NCBI GenBank assembly: GCA_026647295.1 | Contig: JAPKHB010000001.1 | Span: 1-49,713, forward strand | Reading direction: 5' to 3' | Origin: Planctomycetota bacterium | GTDB lineage: Bacteria > Planctomycetota > PLA2 > JAEUHO01 | DNA length: 49,713 bases | Shown: positions 1-8,630 of the stretch, in pieces | Numbering within the stretch: position 1 is the first letter of the stretch | Layout of the letters: each line of letters starts with the position of its first letter | Position numbers and translations under genes: made by a program | Notes under the pieces: generated by a model | What the model saw: the letters and a program-made list of their open reading frames with translations, nothing else | Told to the model about the DNA's origin: nothing | Database searches by the model: none

Positions 1-590
1 CCGCCTTCGCGCTTGGCGGGAATCTTGAGAAAGTCCGCGCCGATTTCCTCGACCCGCTCACCCAGGCTGGCGAGCAAGCCGTCGGGCATGTTGGCGTGCT
101 CGATGAAGAAATACGGGATGATTTCATAATGCCCGGGCGGCACAATGTTGGGCGTGAAGTTGAACACCAGCCGCCGGCTGCGCACTTCGGGGCCGATGCG
201 ATCATAGTCGCGCGTGTGCGCGCCGACGTCCGGCACATCCGCAAATATTTGACCCGATTCCCGATGCCGCAGCAGAATCGCGCCCAGGAAGCCGCCGACG
301 CTTTTGGGATAGACCACGGTCACTGAATCGAGCGTGGCCTGTAACGACACCTGCACGTGCACCGGGCCGTCGAATTGGCTCGGCACCACTGCCGGCTCGA
401 CGTAGGTGAGAATGCGCAGCATCTTGAACAGCGAGACGTGGTTGATCAACTCACCGTCGGCGTTCAAGTCTCCGGCGCCGTACACGAACCGGCCGTTGCG
501 CACGAGTACCTCGGCCCAAGCGAGTTTGTAATTTGCACCGTGGCTTGGGCCGGGAGGACGATGACCTGCCGCATGAGTCCTCTCCACCAC
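1..590 (-). CDS. hypothetical protein, N-terminal ~196 codons only (gene runs off the left edge)
   Basis: Absent from the ORF track because it has no stop in the window. Hand translation of the minus strand from GTG-GTG (590-585) stays open to position 1: ...ANYKLAWAEVLVRNGRFVYGAGDLNADGELINHVSLFKMLRILTYVEPAVVPSQFDGPVHVQVSLQ...HYEIIPYFFIEHANMPDGLLASLGERVEEIG... The composition looks globular. Plus-strand ORFs 96-326 and 357-599 are its antisense shadows. No family recognised. The start is ambiguous (see finding). Confidence 0.45.
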   Translation of the reverse strand, partial: MVERTHAAGHRPPGPSHGANYKLAWAEVLVRNGRFVYGAGDLNADGELINHVSLFKMLRILTYVEPAVVPSQFDGPVHVQVSLQATLDSVTVVYPKSVGGFLGAILLRHRESGQIFADVPDVGAHTRDYDRIGPEVRSRRLVFNFTPNIVPPGHYEIIPYFFIEHANMPDGLLASLGERVEEIGADFLKIPAKREG

Positions 591-606
591 GGGAGGTAGA
601 CCCTCG

Positions 607-1071
607 ATGTGCGTGCTTCGCGCCTACGGGGCGAACTTCGACCCCGCAGCCTACCTCTCCGGAGGCTCTCTGCTGAAGTCCATCGTCATCCGCCAGCCCG
701 GAGACCCCGTCTACGATCGGCGTCTAGCCAGGGGCAAGGGCGCAGAGAAGGGCTTCCACGTCGGCGTCAGCGATCGGCCGCCTTCGGACTGGGATGGACA
801 GGTGCAGGATGCGACCCGCTTTCTCCGTGCGCACGAAGGAGAGTTGCGAAGCCTGCGCGCTCGCTCGGACGTCACCAGCCTGCATCTGGACTTTCCAACC
901 GAAGCGAATCCAGCGGAGCGGAACGTCATCATCTGGGGCCAGGGGTTCCCGCTGGAGTTCATGAGGGCTGCCGTCGACGCGGGAGTCGATGTCTACGTCA
1001 CCGTCTACTTCGCAACGACGGAGGGCGCCCAGCAAGACGGGGCAGATGGGGCTCCTGGAGGTTGGTTGTGA
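607..1071 (+). CDS. small hypothetical protein, DUF4279-like architecture
   Basis: 154-aa ORF. ATG 607 is preceded by GGGAGG (591-596). The pattern resembles DUF4279 family members as I remember them: VLRAYGANFDPAAY...DWDGQVQDATRFL..ELRSL...LHLDF...GFPLEFMRAAVDAGVDVYVTVYF. Same strand as mod/res and 90 bp upstream of them. The overlapping ORF 609-1112 is Arg-rich junk. Confidence 0.5.
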   Translation: MCVLRAYGANFDPAAYLSGGSLLKSIVIRQPGDPVYDRRLARGKGAEKGFHVGVSDRPPSDWDGQVQDATRFLRAHEGELRSLRARSDVTSLHLDFPTEANPAERNVIIWGQGFPLEFMRAAVDAGVDVYVTVYFATTEGAQQDGADGAPGGWL

Positions 1072-1160
1072 GCATGGGGAAAGGGCGCCGTGTGTTCCAG
1101 GGGGCCAAGTGAAGACAGGGTTGGCGTCAGGCCACCGCCCCGGCTACTCTAGCCCGCGGC

Positions 1161-2834
1161 ATGCCCTCCCTCGACTGGATCGGAAAGTCCGCCGTCCTGA
1201 ACCACCACAGGGAGGTTCCGTACCATCTTCTGCGCTACCAGCCGAGGTTGTCCGCTGGGGACCCTGGGAACGGGAACTTGCTCGTCCAGGGGGACAATCT
1301 GCTCGCGCTGAAGGCGCTCCTCCCGTACTACGCCGGTAAGGTCAAGTGCATCTACATCGACCCGCCGTACAACACGGGCACAGAGCAGTGGATTTACAGC
1401 GACTCCGTGCGCAGCCCAGAAATTGAAGCGTGGCTCGGAAAGGTCGTGGGGCCGGAGGGCGTCGACTTGTCGCGCCACGACAAGTGGCTGTGCATGATGC
1501 ATCCGCGTCTCTCGCTCCTTCGTGAGTTCCTGACGCCTGATGGCGTCATCTTCATCAGCATCGACGACAACGAATTGGCCAACCTGCGGCTCCTGTGTGA
1601 TGAGATATTCGGTCTTCGCAATCGCCTCGCCGTCTTCACCTGGGTCCGCAAGAAGAAGGGCTCGCATTTGGACCGCCGCGTCCGAAAGATGACCGAGTTT
1701 GTGTTGGCCTATTCTGCCGACCCGCAACGCTGCGTCGAGTTGTTTGGTGAAGCCGCTTACGCAGATAAGTGGCAGCCGCTGGTCAAGCGGACGAACGCGC
1801 TGAAGGTGCTAACGTTCCCCGCGTCGACAGTCGAGACGACCCTAGAGGACGGTGAGTACGCGGCAGGCCGTCGCGGAAGGGGCGGAACTGCCCTGGCCTT
1901 CTCAGCCCCTTTCACTGTTCAGGGCGGCAAGGTGGTGAGTCCCCTCGCGGCTGAGGGTCGCTTCGTATGGAAGCAGGACACGCTTGATGAGGAACGAAGA
2001 CACGGCACTCGCGTGTCGCTGTCCAAGAGGTTCGGATTCAATGTCCTGCGTTGGAATCAGGAACACAAGTTCAAGCGGCCCCACACGTTGTTGAATGACG
2101 CACAGGGTGTCGGCACGAACGAAGACGCCAGCGCCGAACTAGCGGACATTTTCGGGGCTGAGCAGGGGACAGTCTTCCCGTTCCCGAAGCCGGTGTCCCT
2201 GGTCTCCTACCTGGTACGAAGCGCCACGAAAGAAGACCCGAATGCCCTTGTTCTCGACTCCTTTGCTGGCAGCGGTACGACAGCGCACGCCGTATTCGCT
2301 ATCAACAAGGCCGATGGGGGACAACGGAGGTGCGTGCTAGTGGAGATGGAAAGGAAGATTGCTGAGGAGGTAACAGCCGAGAGAGTTCGTCGCATAGTTG
2401 CAGGCTACACGGCGCGCGACAGTACGCGGGTCGATGGCCTGGCTGGCGGTATTGAGTTCTGTACTCTCGCCCGCCCACTGATCGACGCCACCGGGGCGCT
2501 TTCCCGAGACGTGAAATATGAGGAGCTCGCTCGGCACATCTTCTTCGCTGAGACGGGTGAGCCGCTCCCTGCTACCGGGCTGAGGCAGAGGCCTCTGCTG
2601 GGGGCTTCCCGCGGGATCGCGTACTTCCTTCTCTTCAACGGTGTCATGGGCGACAAGTCTGCTGGGGCGGAGAATGTCCTCACCACGGGGACTCTTGCTG
2701 CTCTTCCGCCTCACCCTCAAGGGAGGGGGGCACCGCGCGTCGTCTACGGCGAGGGATGCCGCTTGGGTGTTGAGCGCCTCCGCCGCGAGAATGTCATCTT
2801 CAAGCAGATCCCGTACGGGCTCAGGGGGATCTAG
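1161..2834 (+). CDS. mod: Type III restriction-modification DNA methyltransferase (Mod), N6-adenine/N4-cytosine class
   Basis: 557 aa. N-terminal LDWIGK. Motif IV CIYIDPPYNTG precedes motif I DSFAGSGTTAHAV (beta-class order typical of Type III Mod). The stop lies 2 nt before the res start. Confidence 0.9.
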   Translation: MPSLDWIGKSAVLNHHREVPYHLLRYQPRLSAGDPGNGNLLVQGDNLLALKALLPYYAGKVKCIYIDPPYNTGTEQWIYSDSVRSPEIEAWLGKVVGPEGVDLSRHDKWLCMMHPRLSLLREFLTPDGVIFISIDDNELANLRLLCDEIFGLRNRLAVFTWVRKKKGSHLDRRVRKMTEFVLAYSADPQRCVELFGEAAYADKWQPLVKRTNALKVLTFPASTVETTLEDGEYAAGRRGRGGTALAFSAPFTVQGGKVVSPLAAEGRFVWKQDTLDEERRHGTRVSLSKRFGFNVLRWNQEHKFKRPHTLLNDAQGVGTNEDASAELADIFGAEQGTVFPFPKPVSLVSYLVRSATKEDPNALVLDSFAGSGTTAHAVFAINKADGGQRRCVLVEMERKIAEEVTAERVRRIVAGYTARDSTRVDGLAGGIEFCTLARPLIDATGALSRDVKYEELARHIFFAETGEPLPATGLRQRPLLGASRGIAYFLLFNGVMGDKSAGAENVLTTGTLAALPPHPQGRGAPRVVYGEGCRLGVERLRRENVIFKQIPYGLRGI

Positions 2835-2836
2835 CC

Positions 2837-5470
2837 GTGGGTCTCCAGCTTAAGGGCTATCAGCAGCGCTCGCTCGGTGTCCTCCGCGACTACCTCCGCC
2901 GCGCTCGCCAGAGTACGGCGATGGTGAAGCTCGCCTTCATGGACTGCACCGAACAGCTCTACGCACAGAGGTTCCTTCCCCAGGCGCTCCAGGAACTCCC
3001 GTACGTCTGCCTTCGCGTCCCGACCGGCGGCGGCAAGACCTTCATGGCCACGCATGCGATCTCCATCGCTTGTCGTGACTTCCTCCAGGCAGAGCGGTGC
3101 GTCGTCCTGTGGCTAGCACCGACGAACACGATCGTGGAGCAGACGATTCGGACGCTCCGCAACCGCACACACCCGTACCGAGAAGCTCTCGACCAGGAAT
3201 TCGGCGGGAACGTGGAGGTGCTAACTGCGGCGGACGCCCTGAATGTCACGCGTGGCACCCTCGATGGCGCGCTCACGATTGTCGTCTCGACTCTCGCTGC
3301 GATGCGGGTGGAGGTGATGGAAGGCAGGAAGTTCTACGAGCAGAACGGCGCGCTGAGCCACCACTTCACTGGCCTGAACGCCAAGCAGGAAGCGCTGCTG
3401 GACGCGCTCCCGAGCGACGGCCCTGTTCACTCGCTGACGAATGTGCTGCGACTGCGGCGTCCGGTCGTCATTATGGACGAGGCGCACAACGCTAGGACTC
3501 CGCTGTCATTCGACGCGCTAGTGCGTTTCGGCCCCTCTTGCGTCCTGGAGTTCACGGCTACCCCGGACCAAGGTGAGACCCGGAGCAATGTCCTCTACGC
3601 GGTGTCGGCGGCCGAGATGAAGTCTCCACCTGAAGAGCAGATGATCAAGCTCCCGATCCGGCTGCGGACGCGGAGCATCTGGAAGGAGGCGGTAGACGCC
3701 GCCATCCGGCAGCAGAAGCGCCTCGAAGAGGTCGCCAAGGAGGAAGAGGCCGAGTCGGGGGAGTACATCCGACCGATCGTCTTGGTGCAGGCGCAGAGCA
3801 AGCACGCCACCGATGAGCGACTGACGGTCGACGTCTTGAAAAAGGCGCTACGCGAGGAGTTCAACATCCCGGAGGCGTGGATCGCGGTGGCGACCGGGGA
3901 GGAGGATGACCTACCCGAGGACATCCTCAAGCCGACCTGCGAGGTCCGGTTCGTCCTGACGGTTTCCAAGTTGCGCGAGGGCTGGGACTGCCCATTCGCC
4001 TACGTCCTCTGCAGCGTGAGCAACCTCTCAAGCAGTGGGGCCGTCGAGCAGATCCTCGGGCGCGTGCTGCGTATGCCCTATGCCCACGCCAAGAAGCGCG
4101 CTCCTCTGAACTACGCCTACGCCTTCGTGACCTCGGACCGGTTCACGACGGCGGCAAACTCACTCGCGGACGCGCTGGTCGAGAGCGGGCTGGAGAGGTT
4201 CGAGGCCAACGCGTTCATCGAGCCCGGAGGCGATCTCGGGTTCGACGATGGACCCGGACCACTCTTCGAGGGCGGCACGCGAACCGTCGAGGAAACCCTG
4301 TCTTTGGAGTTTCGCAGGGACTCGCTCCCCAGCGAGGTTCGCGAGCGGGTGACGGTCGAGTACGTGGCTACGCCGCAGGGGCAGGCGGCAAAGCTCACTT
4401 ACGTTGGGCCACCCCTGTCGGACGCGGAGGCTACGGCCTTCAAAGTGGGATCCATGAGCGAGGCGGATCGAGTCGCGGTCGAACGTCTGGTCCGTAGAAG
4501 CAGGGGGCTCCCTGCCTACCCGGCCGTCCTCGGCGTGAGGCTGGCTGTGCCTCACCTCGCCCTGCGCCGTGAGACCCAGTTGGAGATCTTCGAGGACCAG
4601 TTCCGAGACGTGTCCTGGGCGCTAGCAGACTGCGATCCTCTGCTGACGGAGAGCGAGTTGCCGCTCTCGCCTCCAGCGGGTCAGGCTGCAGATGTGGACA
4701 TCACCGCCAAGGGGAAGGTCGAGATCCGTGCGATCGAGGACCTGCGAGAACAGATCACATTCAACGACCTGCGAGGCCCGAAGTCGGTAGCCGAGCTGGC
4801 GGTGTGGCTGGACCGAGCAATCGACCACCCCGATGTTCCTCAGGCGGATGCGAGCCTCTTCCTGCATCGAATGATCGAGGGGCTGATCGAGAAGAGGGGC
4901 GCGACGCTACCCGATCTCGTCGCGGCGCGATTCAGGCTGCGGGACGCGGCCACGGAGAAGATCCGACAGCACCGCCGCGCCGTTCTCACTAGGAGCTTTC
5001 AGGCGATGCTCCTGCCTGACGCGACCGAGCCCCTGGAGGTGAGTCCGGCACTGGTATTCGAGTACCCCCACGATAACTACCCGGCGAACAGGCTGTACAC
5101 GGGTCGCCTGTCGTACCAGCGCCACTACTACGAAAAGCCCGGCGACATGAACTCGGAGGAGGCCGAGTGCGCGCTGCTGATCGATCAGCACCCGCTCGTC
5201 GAGACGTGGGTAAGGAACCTAGAGCGACGGTCGATGGAGTCGTTCTGGCTCCAGACGTCTAGTGACAAGTTCTATCCCGACTTCGTAGCGCGGCTGTTGG
5301 ACGGGCGGCATGTCGTCGTCGAGTACAAGGGCGATGGCTGGCGTCGGACCGCTGACACGGATGAGAAGACGACCCTAGGAGCCCTGTGGGAGGCGCGTAG
5401 CGGCGGGCGCTGCCTGTTCCGCTTGGTAGGGAAAGAGGACATGGCGGACGTCCTGGGGTCCATCCGATGA
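2837..5470 (+). CDS. res: Type III restriction enzyme, Res subunit (SF2 helicase + nuclease)
   Basis: 877 aa, GTG start. Walker A VPTGGGKTF, motif II VVIMDEAHN, C-terminal PD-(D/E)xK-like YPDF...VVVEYKG. Canonical mod-res order. Confidence 0.9.
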   Translation: MGLQLKGYQQRSLGVLRDYLRRARQSTAMVKLAFMDCTEQLYAQRFLPQALQELPYVCLRVPTGGGKTFMATHAISIACRDFLQAERCVVLWLAPTNTIVEQTIRTLRNRTHPYREALDQEFGGNVEVLTAADALNVTRGTLDGALTIVVSTLAAMRVEVMEGRKFYEQNGALSHHFTGLNAKQEALLDALPSDGPVHSLTNVLRLRRPVVIMDEAHNARTPLSFDALVRFGPSCVLEFTATPDQGETRSNVLYAVSAAEMKSPPEEQMIKLPIRLRTRSIWKEAVDAAIRQQKRLEEVAKEEEAESGEYIRPIVLVQAQSKHATDERLTVDVLKKALREEFNIPEAWIAVATGEEDDLPEDILKPTCEVRFVLTVSKLREGWDCPFAYVLCSVSNLSSSGAVEQILGRVLRMPYAHAKKRAPLNYAYAFVTSDRFTTAANSLADALVESGLERFEANAFIEPGGDLGFDDGPGPLFEGGTRTVEETLSLEFRRDSLPSEVRERVTVEYVATPQGQAAKLTYVGPPLSDAEATAFKVGSMSEADRVAVERLVRRSRGLPAYPAVLGVRLAVPHLALRRETQLEIFEDQFRDVSWALADCDPLLTESELPLSPPAGQAADVDITAKGKVEIRAIEDLREQITFNDLRGPKSVAELAVWLDRAIDHPDVPQADASLFLHRMIEGLIEKRGATLPDLVAARFRLRDAATEKIRQHRRAVLTRSFQAMLLPDATEPLEVSPALVFEYPHDNYPANRLYTGRLSYQRHYYEKPGDMNSEEAECALLIDQHPLVETWVRNLERRSMESFWLQTSSDKFYPDFVARLLDGRHVVVEYKGDGWRRTADTDEKTTLGALWEARSGGRCLFRLVGKEDMADVLGSIR

Positions 5471-5555
5471 CCAGGCCGCACGGCCAGCGTAGTCGATCGG
5501 CTGAATCCGAGCGCACAGGTCCCTGCGACGAGATCCATCACGCCGACGCCACGCA

Positions 5556-7253
5556 TCATGCCACCCCCACACCCGGCTCCTGGCGGGAGAAGCCTGAACC
5601 GGCGGAGTCCGGCTGGGCTACCGGGGGCTTCACCTGAACGCGGAGCGGAACTCCGATGTCTGCTCCCACGACGATCGCCTCGCCCTGGCTCAGTGATGGA
5701 ACTGTGCCGAGTGTGGATCGCTCAGCTGCATCAGTGGCGCGCTCGACGGCCTCCCGGTCAAGGTGGTTGGCGAGTCGGTGGATGATCATGGTCCCCATCT
5801 GACTGAGTACATCCTGAGGAACATCACGCGGGCGCTGGGTGGCCAGAATCAGTGATGCGCCGTACTTCCTTCCCTCCTTGGCCAGAAGCGAGAATGCATC
5901 TAGGGCGAACCGTGCGCCCTCCTCTCCGATCTGCTTATCGAGAAACTGATGCGCCTCGTCGAGCACGACCACGAGCGGCCCCCTACCGAGTGCGCGGCGC
6001 CGCGCTCGCTCCAACAAGAAGCGACCAATAGCGTTTACGACTATCTCCCTGACGTTGCGCTCGAAGGACAGCCTCTCAAGCGATATCCGGAGGATTGGCC
6101 GATCCGAGCCGCTGATGAAGCGCTCGATCAGGGCGAATATCGAGGGATCGTCGGAAGGGTCAAACAGACACTTCATGGCAGCGGAGTCGATGCAGGCCCG
6201 AATACGATAGACTAGCGATACGCAGTACCCCCACTGCTTCTCGTCTGCCTTACCCCATTTTGTGTCGTCGTCGTAGCCAGTCGGCCACACGCACTCGTTC
6301 CGGATCTGGTCGGGGAGCGCATTTATATCAAACCGCGCCAGTTCACCCTCAACGACCTCGGCGTGCGTTGCGTACGCTTGCTGGAACTCTGCCTTCCGAC
6401 GCATCGCCTTCACGTACGTCCCCGCAGTGGAGAGTTCGGGCGCGCATTGGACGACCTTGAGAGTTTTCATCGCCTCCCGGAGCATGGGTGCCTGCATCCC
6501 GCCACTTGGTGCGAAGATGGCGAACAGGTCGCCTTCGGTCAACGAGCGGTACGGGACACACGCCCCTCTTGCTCCGTCCGGAGCGTCCCCTATGCACACA
6601 TGCTCCGCAGCAGCGCCGAGAGTATGGTACTCGCCAGTTGCATCAACGAGGATCACGCGCGCCCGTGCAGCACCAAGTTCCGCCACGAGGCGAGATACGG
6701 TCCAACTCTTCCCGCCCCCGGTGGCGCCGAGGACGGCGAGGTGGCGACCGACCAGGTGCTGGGGCTTCATGCGAAGTAATTCGGAGTCGGCGCCGTGCGC
6801 CCAGCCCAGTTCGATGTCTGGCGAGTCCCGCAGACGAACATCACGCAGAGGGCTCTCGGCGACCCAGCGCACCATCTCAGGCGGAGCGAGGTAGGCTCTC
6901 GCACCGACGCGAGGTGGCTTCGTCACCCCTCTGCGAACGCCCCCGGAAGCCAGGTCAATCTCGGCGAGCAACTGAACCTGCGCCACGGGCTCTTCCGCAC
7001 TCAAGATCCCGGTGCGAAGGTCAGCCCGAGAGTCACGCTCCGGAACGCGGACTTCAGATACTCGGCCATATACCATCGCTGGGCCGGACTCGATGGTCAG
7101 GTGGTCACCAACGCGAGGCACTGGGGTCTGCCCATGCCTGCCCAGAGGGTACTTCCCCAGGATCCACGCGGCGCGATCCTCGACCCGCACGACTGCGCCC
7201 ACGGCCAAATCTGGGTCGCAGGGTGACGCCGGAAGCGGGTGGCCAAGGCTCAC
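5556..7253 (-). CDS. herA: HerA-like (FtsK/HerA superfamily, DUF87-type) ATPase, partner of SIR2
   Basis: 565 aa. Walker A VLGATGGGKSW, Walker B LVVVLDEAHQF, LILATQRP motif, N-terminal barrel-like region. The GTG start overlaps the SIR2 stop (GTGA, 7250-7253). Confidence 0.85.
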   Translation of the reverse strand: MSLGHPLPASPCDPDLAVGAVVRVEDRAAWILGKYPLGRHGQTPVPRVGDHLTIESGPAMVYGRVSEVRVPERDSRADLRTGILSAEEPVAQVQLLAEIDLASGGVRRGVTKPPRVGARAYLAPPEMVRWVAESPLRDVRLRDSPDIELGWAHGADSELLRMKPQHLVGRHLAVLGATGGGKSWTVSRLVAELGAARARVILVDATGEYHTLGAAAEHVCIGDAPDGARGACVPYRSLTEGDLFAIFAPSGGMQAPMLREAMKTLKVVQCAPELSTAGTYVKAMRRKAEFQQAYATHAEVVEGELARFDINALPDQIRNECVWPTGYDDDTKWGKADEKQWGYCVSLVYRIRACIDSAAMKCLFDPSDDPSIFALIERFISGSDRPILRISLERLSFERNVREIVVNAIGRFLLERARRRALGRGPLVVVLDEAHQFLDKQIGEEGARFALDAFSLLAKEGRKYGASLILATQRPRDVPQDVLSQMGTMIIHRLANHLDREAVERATDAAERSTLGTVPSLSQGEAIVVGADIGVPLRVQVKPPVAQPDSAGSGFSRQEPGVGVA

Positions 7254-8383
7254 GTCGCAGATGCCCTCCGCCGGTCCTCGTGGACTTCCTGAGTAGTCTC
7301 TGGGACGAGGTCAGGGAGGAGGGTTACGAACTGCTCAAAGGTCGCGGCCAGACCCAGGAGCCGAGCGTCGCGCCTCACGATCAAGTCCTTCACGAGTTCG
7401 TGGGCTTCAGTGGTCGCGCCTTCCCACTCGGGGTCCACGATCACGAGTTTGAGGCCGGTGTTCGAGCGAATGGCTGAGATGAGCGGTTGAGCAATGTGGT
7501 CATCGCAAAGGCCCGACCCGAGGACGAGCAGGCTCGCGTCCGGTGCCCGCAGCGCAAACTGGAACCGTGACATCATGTCAATGAAAGGCCGCGCGTAGGA
7601 GGAACGGTACTTGTCACTGCGCGGGTAGATCAAGATGGGTTTCTGGGTGGCAGAGTCTTTGAGCAGCCTCCGCCCCTCCTGCGTCCAATCGACAGAGCCG
7701 TGCAACTTGTGGAGATGAAAGACGTTCGGGTGGTAGGTCTGCGCTCGGCCATCGTTGGTCCGCCGGACGATGTCCAGGTCGAAGTGCCCATCGTCGTACT
7801 CTTGGGGGGTCGAGAACGAGAATCCATCGACTACGACGAACCGTGCCCTCACAGCCGCGCGCTCATAGCACATGTCGTAGTTCGTGCTGAACACGCGGAG
7901 CCTAGGCAGGTGATCCTGTCGCCGCGCGGCCTTCCGCAGGAGTGTCTCATGGACGCTCAAGTCGGTGGCGTCGTCAACGAATCTGCACGCGGCAGTGATC
8001 TCCGCCTCGGCCGCCTTGATGAACCTCTCGACCGAAGGCGTAGGCCGGAAGTCCTCCGCGACTTGGCAGCGGGATAGCAGCGCCTCAACGTTGCTACCCT
8101 CCGTGTACCCCACGGTCTCTCGAACCGTAGCAAACTCGCTTCCCCCTGCCGCCTCTACTCCCTTCCATAGGTCGCCCATGCTCGGTGCCCCATCGATGTG
8201 GCGGGTCGTGCCGAGCCCACAGAGGATTAGCAGGTTGGGGCTGAGCATCGCGCGCGTGAGTGCAGAAGTTAGGGCCGCTTGGATCGGGTCAGGCAGCCCA
8301 CCCTGCTGCTCCGGCGCGCCCTCAGGGAGCGCGATCCACTCACCCTTGGTTTCGGCAGAACAGACCCTGATGGCCTCGGCCAC
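7250..8383 (-). CDS. SIR2-family (SIR2_2-type) NAD-dependent effector protein
   Basis: 377 aa. Motifs LLILCGLGTT (Gly-rich Rossmann loop), FSTNYD (Asn) and HLHKLHGSVDW (His). GTG 8383 is preceded by GGAGG with a 5-nt spacer. Translationally coupled to herA. Confidence 0.85.
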   Translation of the reverse strand: MAEAIRVCSAETKGEWIALPEGAPEQQGGLPDPIQAALTSALTRAMLSPNLLILCGLGTTRHIDGAPSMGDLWKGVEAAGGSEFATVRETVGYTEGSNVEALLSRCQVAEDFRPTPSVERFIKAAEAEITAACRFVDDATDLSVHETLLRKAARRQDHLPRLRVFSTNYDMCYERAAVRARFVVVDGFSFSTPQEYDDGHFDLDIVRRTNDGRAQTYHPNVFHLHKLHGSVDWTQEGRRLLKDSATQKPILIYPRSDKYRSSYARPFIDMMSRFQFALRAPDASLLVLGSGLCDDHIAQPLISAIRSNTGLKLVIVDPEWEGATTEAHELVKDLIVRRDARLLGLAATFEQFVTLLPDLVPETTQEVHEDRRRASAT

Positions 8384-8630
8384 GCGCGCCTCCCCCCTGG
8401 GGCCAGGACCCTACGCAGCTTGCGCGAGCAGGCCTCCCCCATGGGGACCAGAGCTTGCCATGACGCTCCGACACCCCCCACGCCGGGGCCATCCCCGGGG
8501 CCTTCCCTGTGTGCCCGGGTGTCCCCCCATGGGGCCCAGTGAGTTCGACCCCCGCGCCAGCGGTCGAAGATGAATGACCGCGAAATCCGAGGGCCGAGGC
8601 CGAAGTCAGCCCAAAAGACAAAATTAAGGA

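Larger units (their letters stand above)
1..8630. mobile_element. putative genomic (defence) island abutting the 3' end of tRNA-Sec; left boundary outside the window
   Basis: Sampled 60-nt lines give ~60 % GC here against ~75-80 % to the right of the tRNA. The cargo is R-M plus SIR2-HerA. An A/T-rich junction (caaaagacaaaattaagga) lies directly next to the tRNA 3' end. No integrase or direct repeat was seen inside the window. Confidence 0.5.

Noticed and set aside
14-21. TGGCGGGA near the left edge matches the first 8 nt of the plus-strand image of the tRNA-Sec 3' end, a possible distal att repeat.
   Set aside because: Only 8 nt match, the site lies inside a coding frame, and the lower-GC composition continues to position 1. 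A chance match is more likely.
96-599. Plus-strand ORFs 96-326 and 357-599.
   Set aside because: They lie antisense to a longer, more protein-like minus-strand frame that is open from 590 to the window edge. They have no motifs or ribosome-binding sites.
8536-8560. gagttcgacccccgcgccag resembles a tRNA T-loop/3' end fragment (GTTCGA...CGCCA), a possible tRNA remnant marking an older integration.
   Set aside because: There is no complementary T-stem or acceptor partner, and its orientation is opposite to selC. The similarity is limited to GTTCGA plus CCA.
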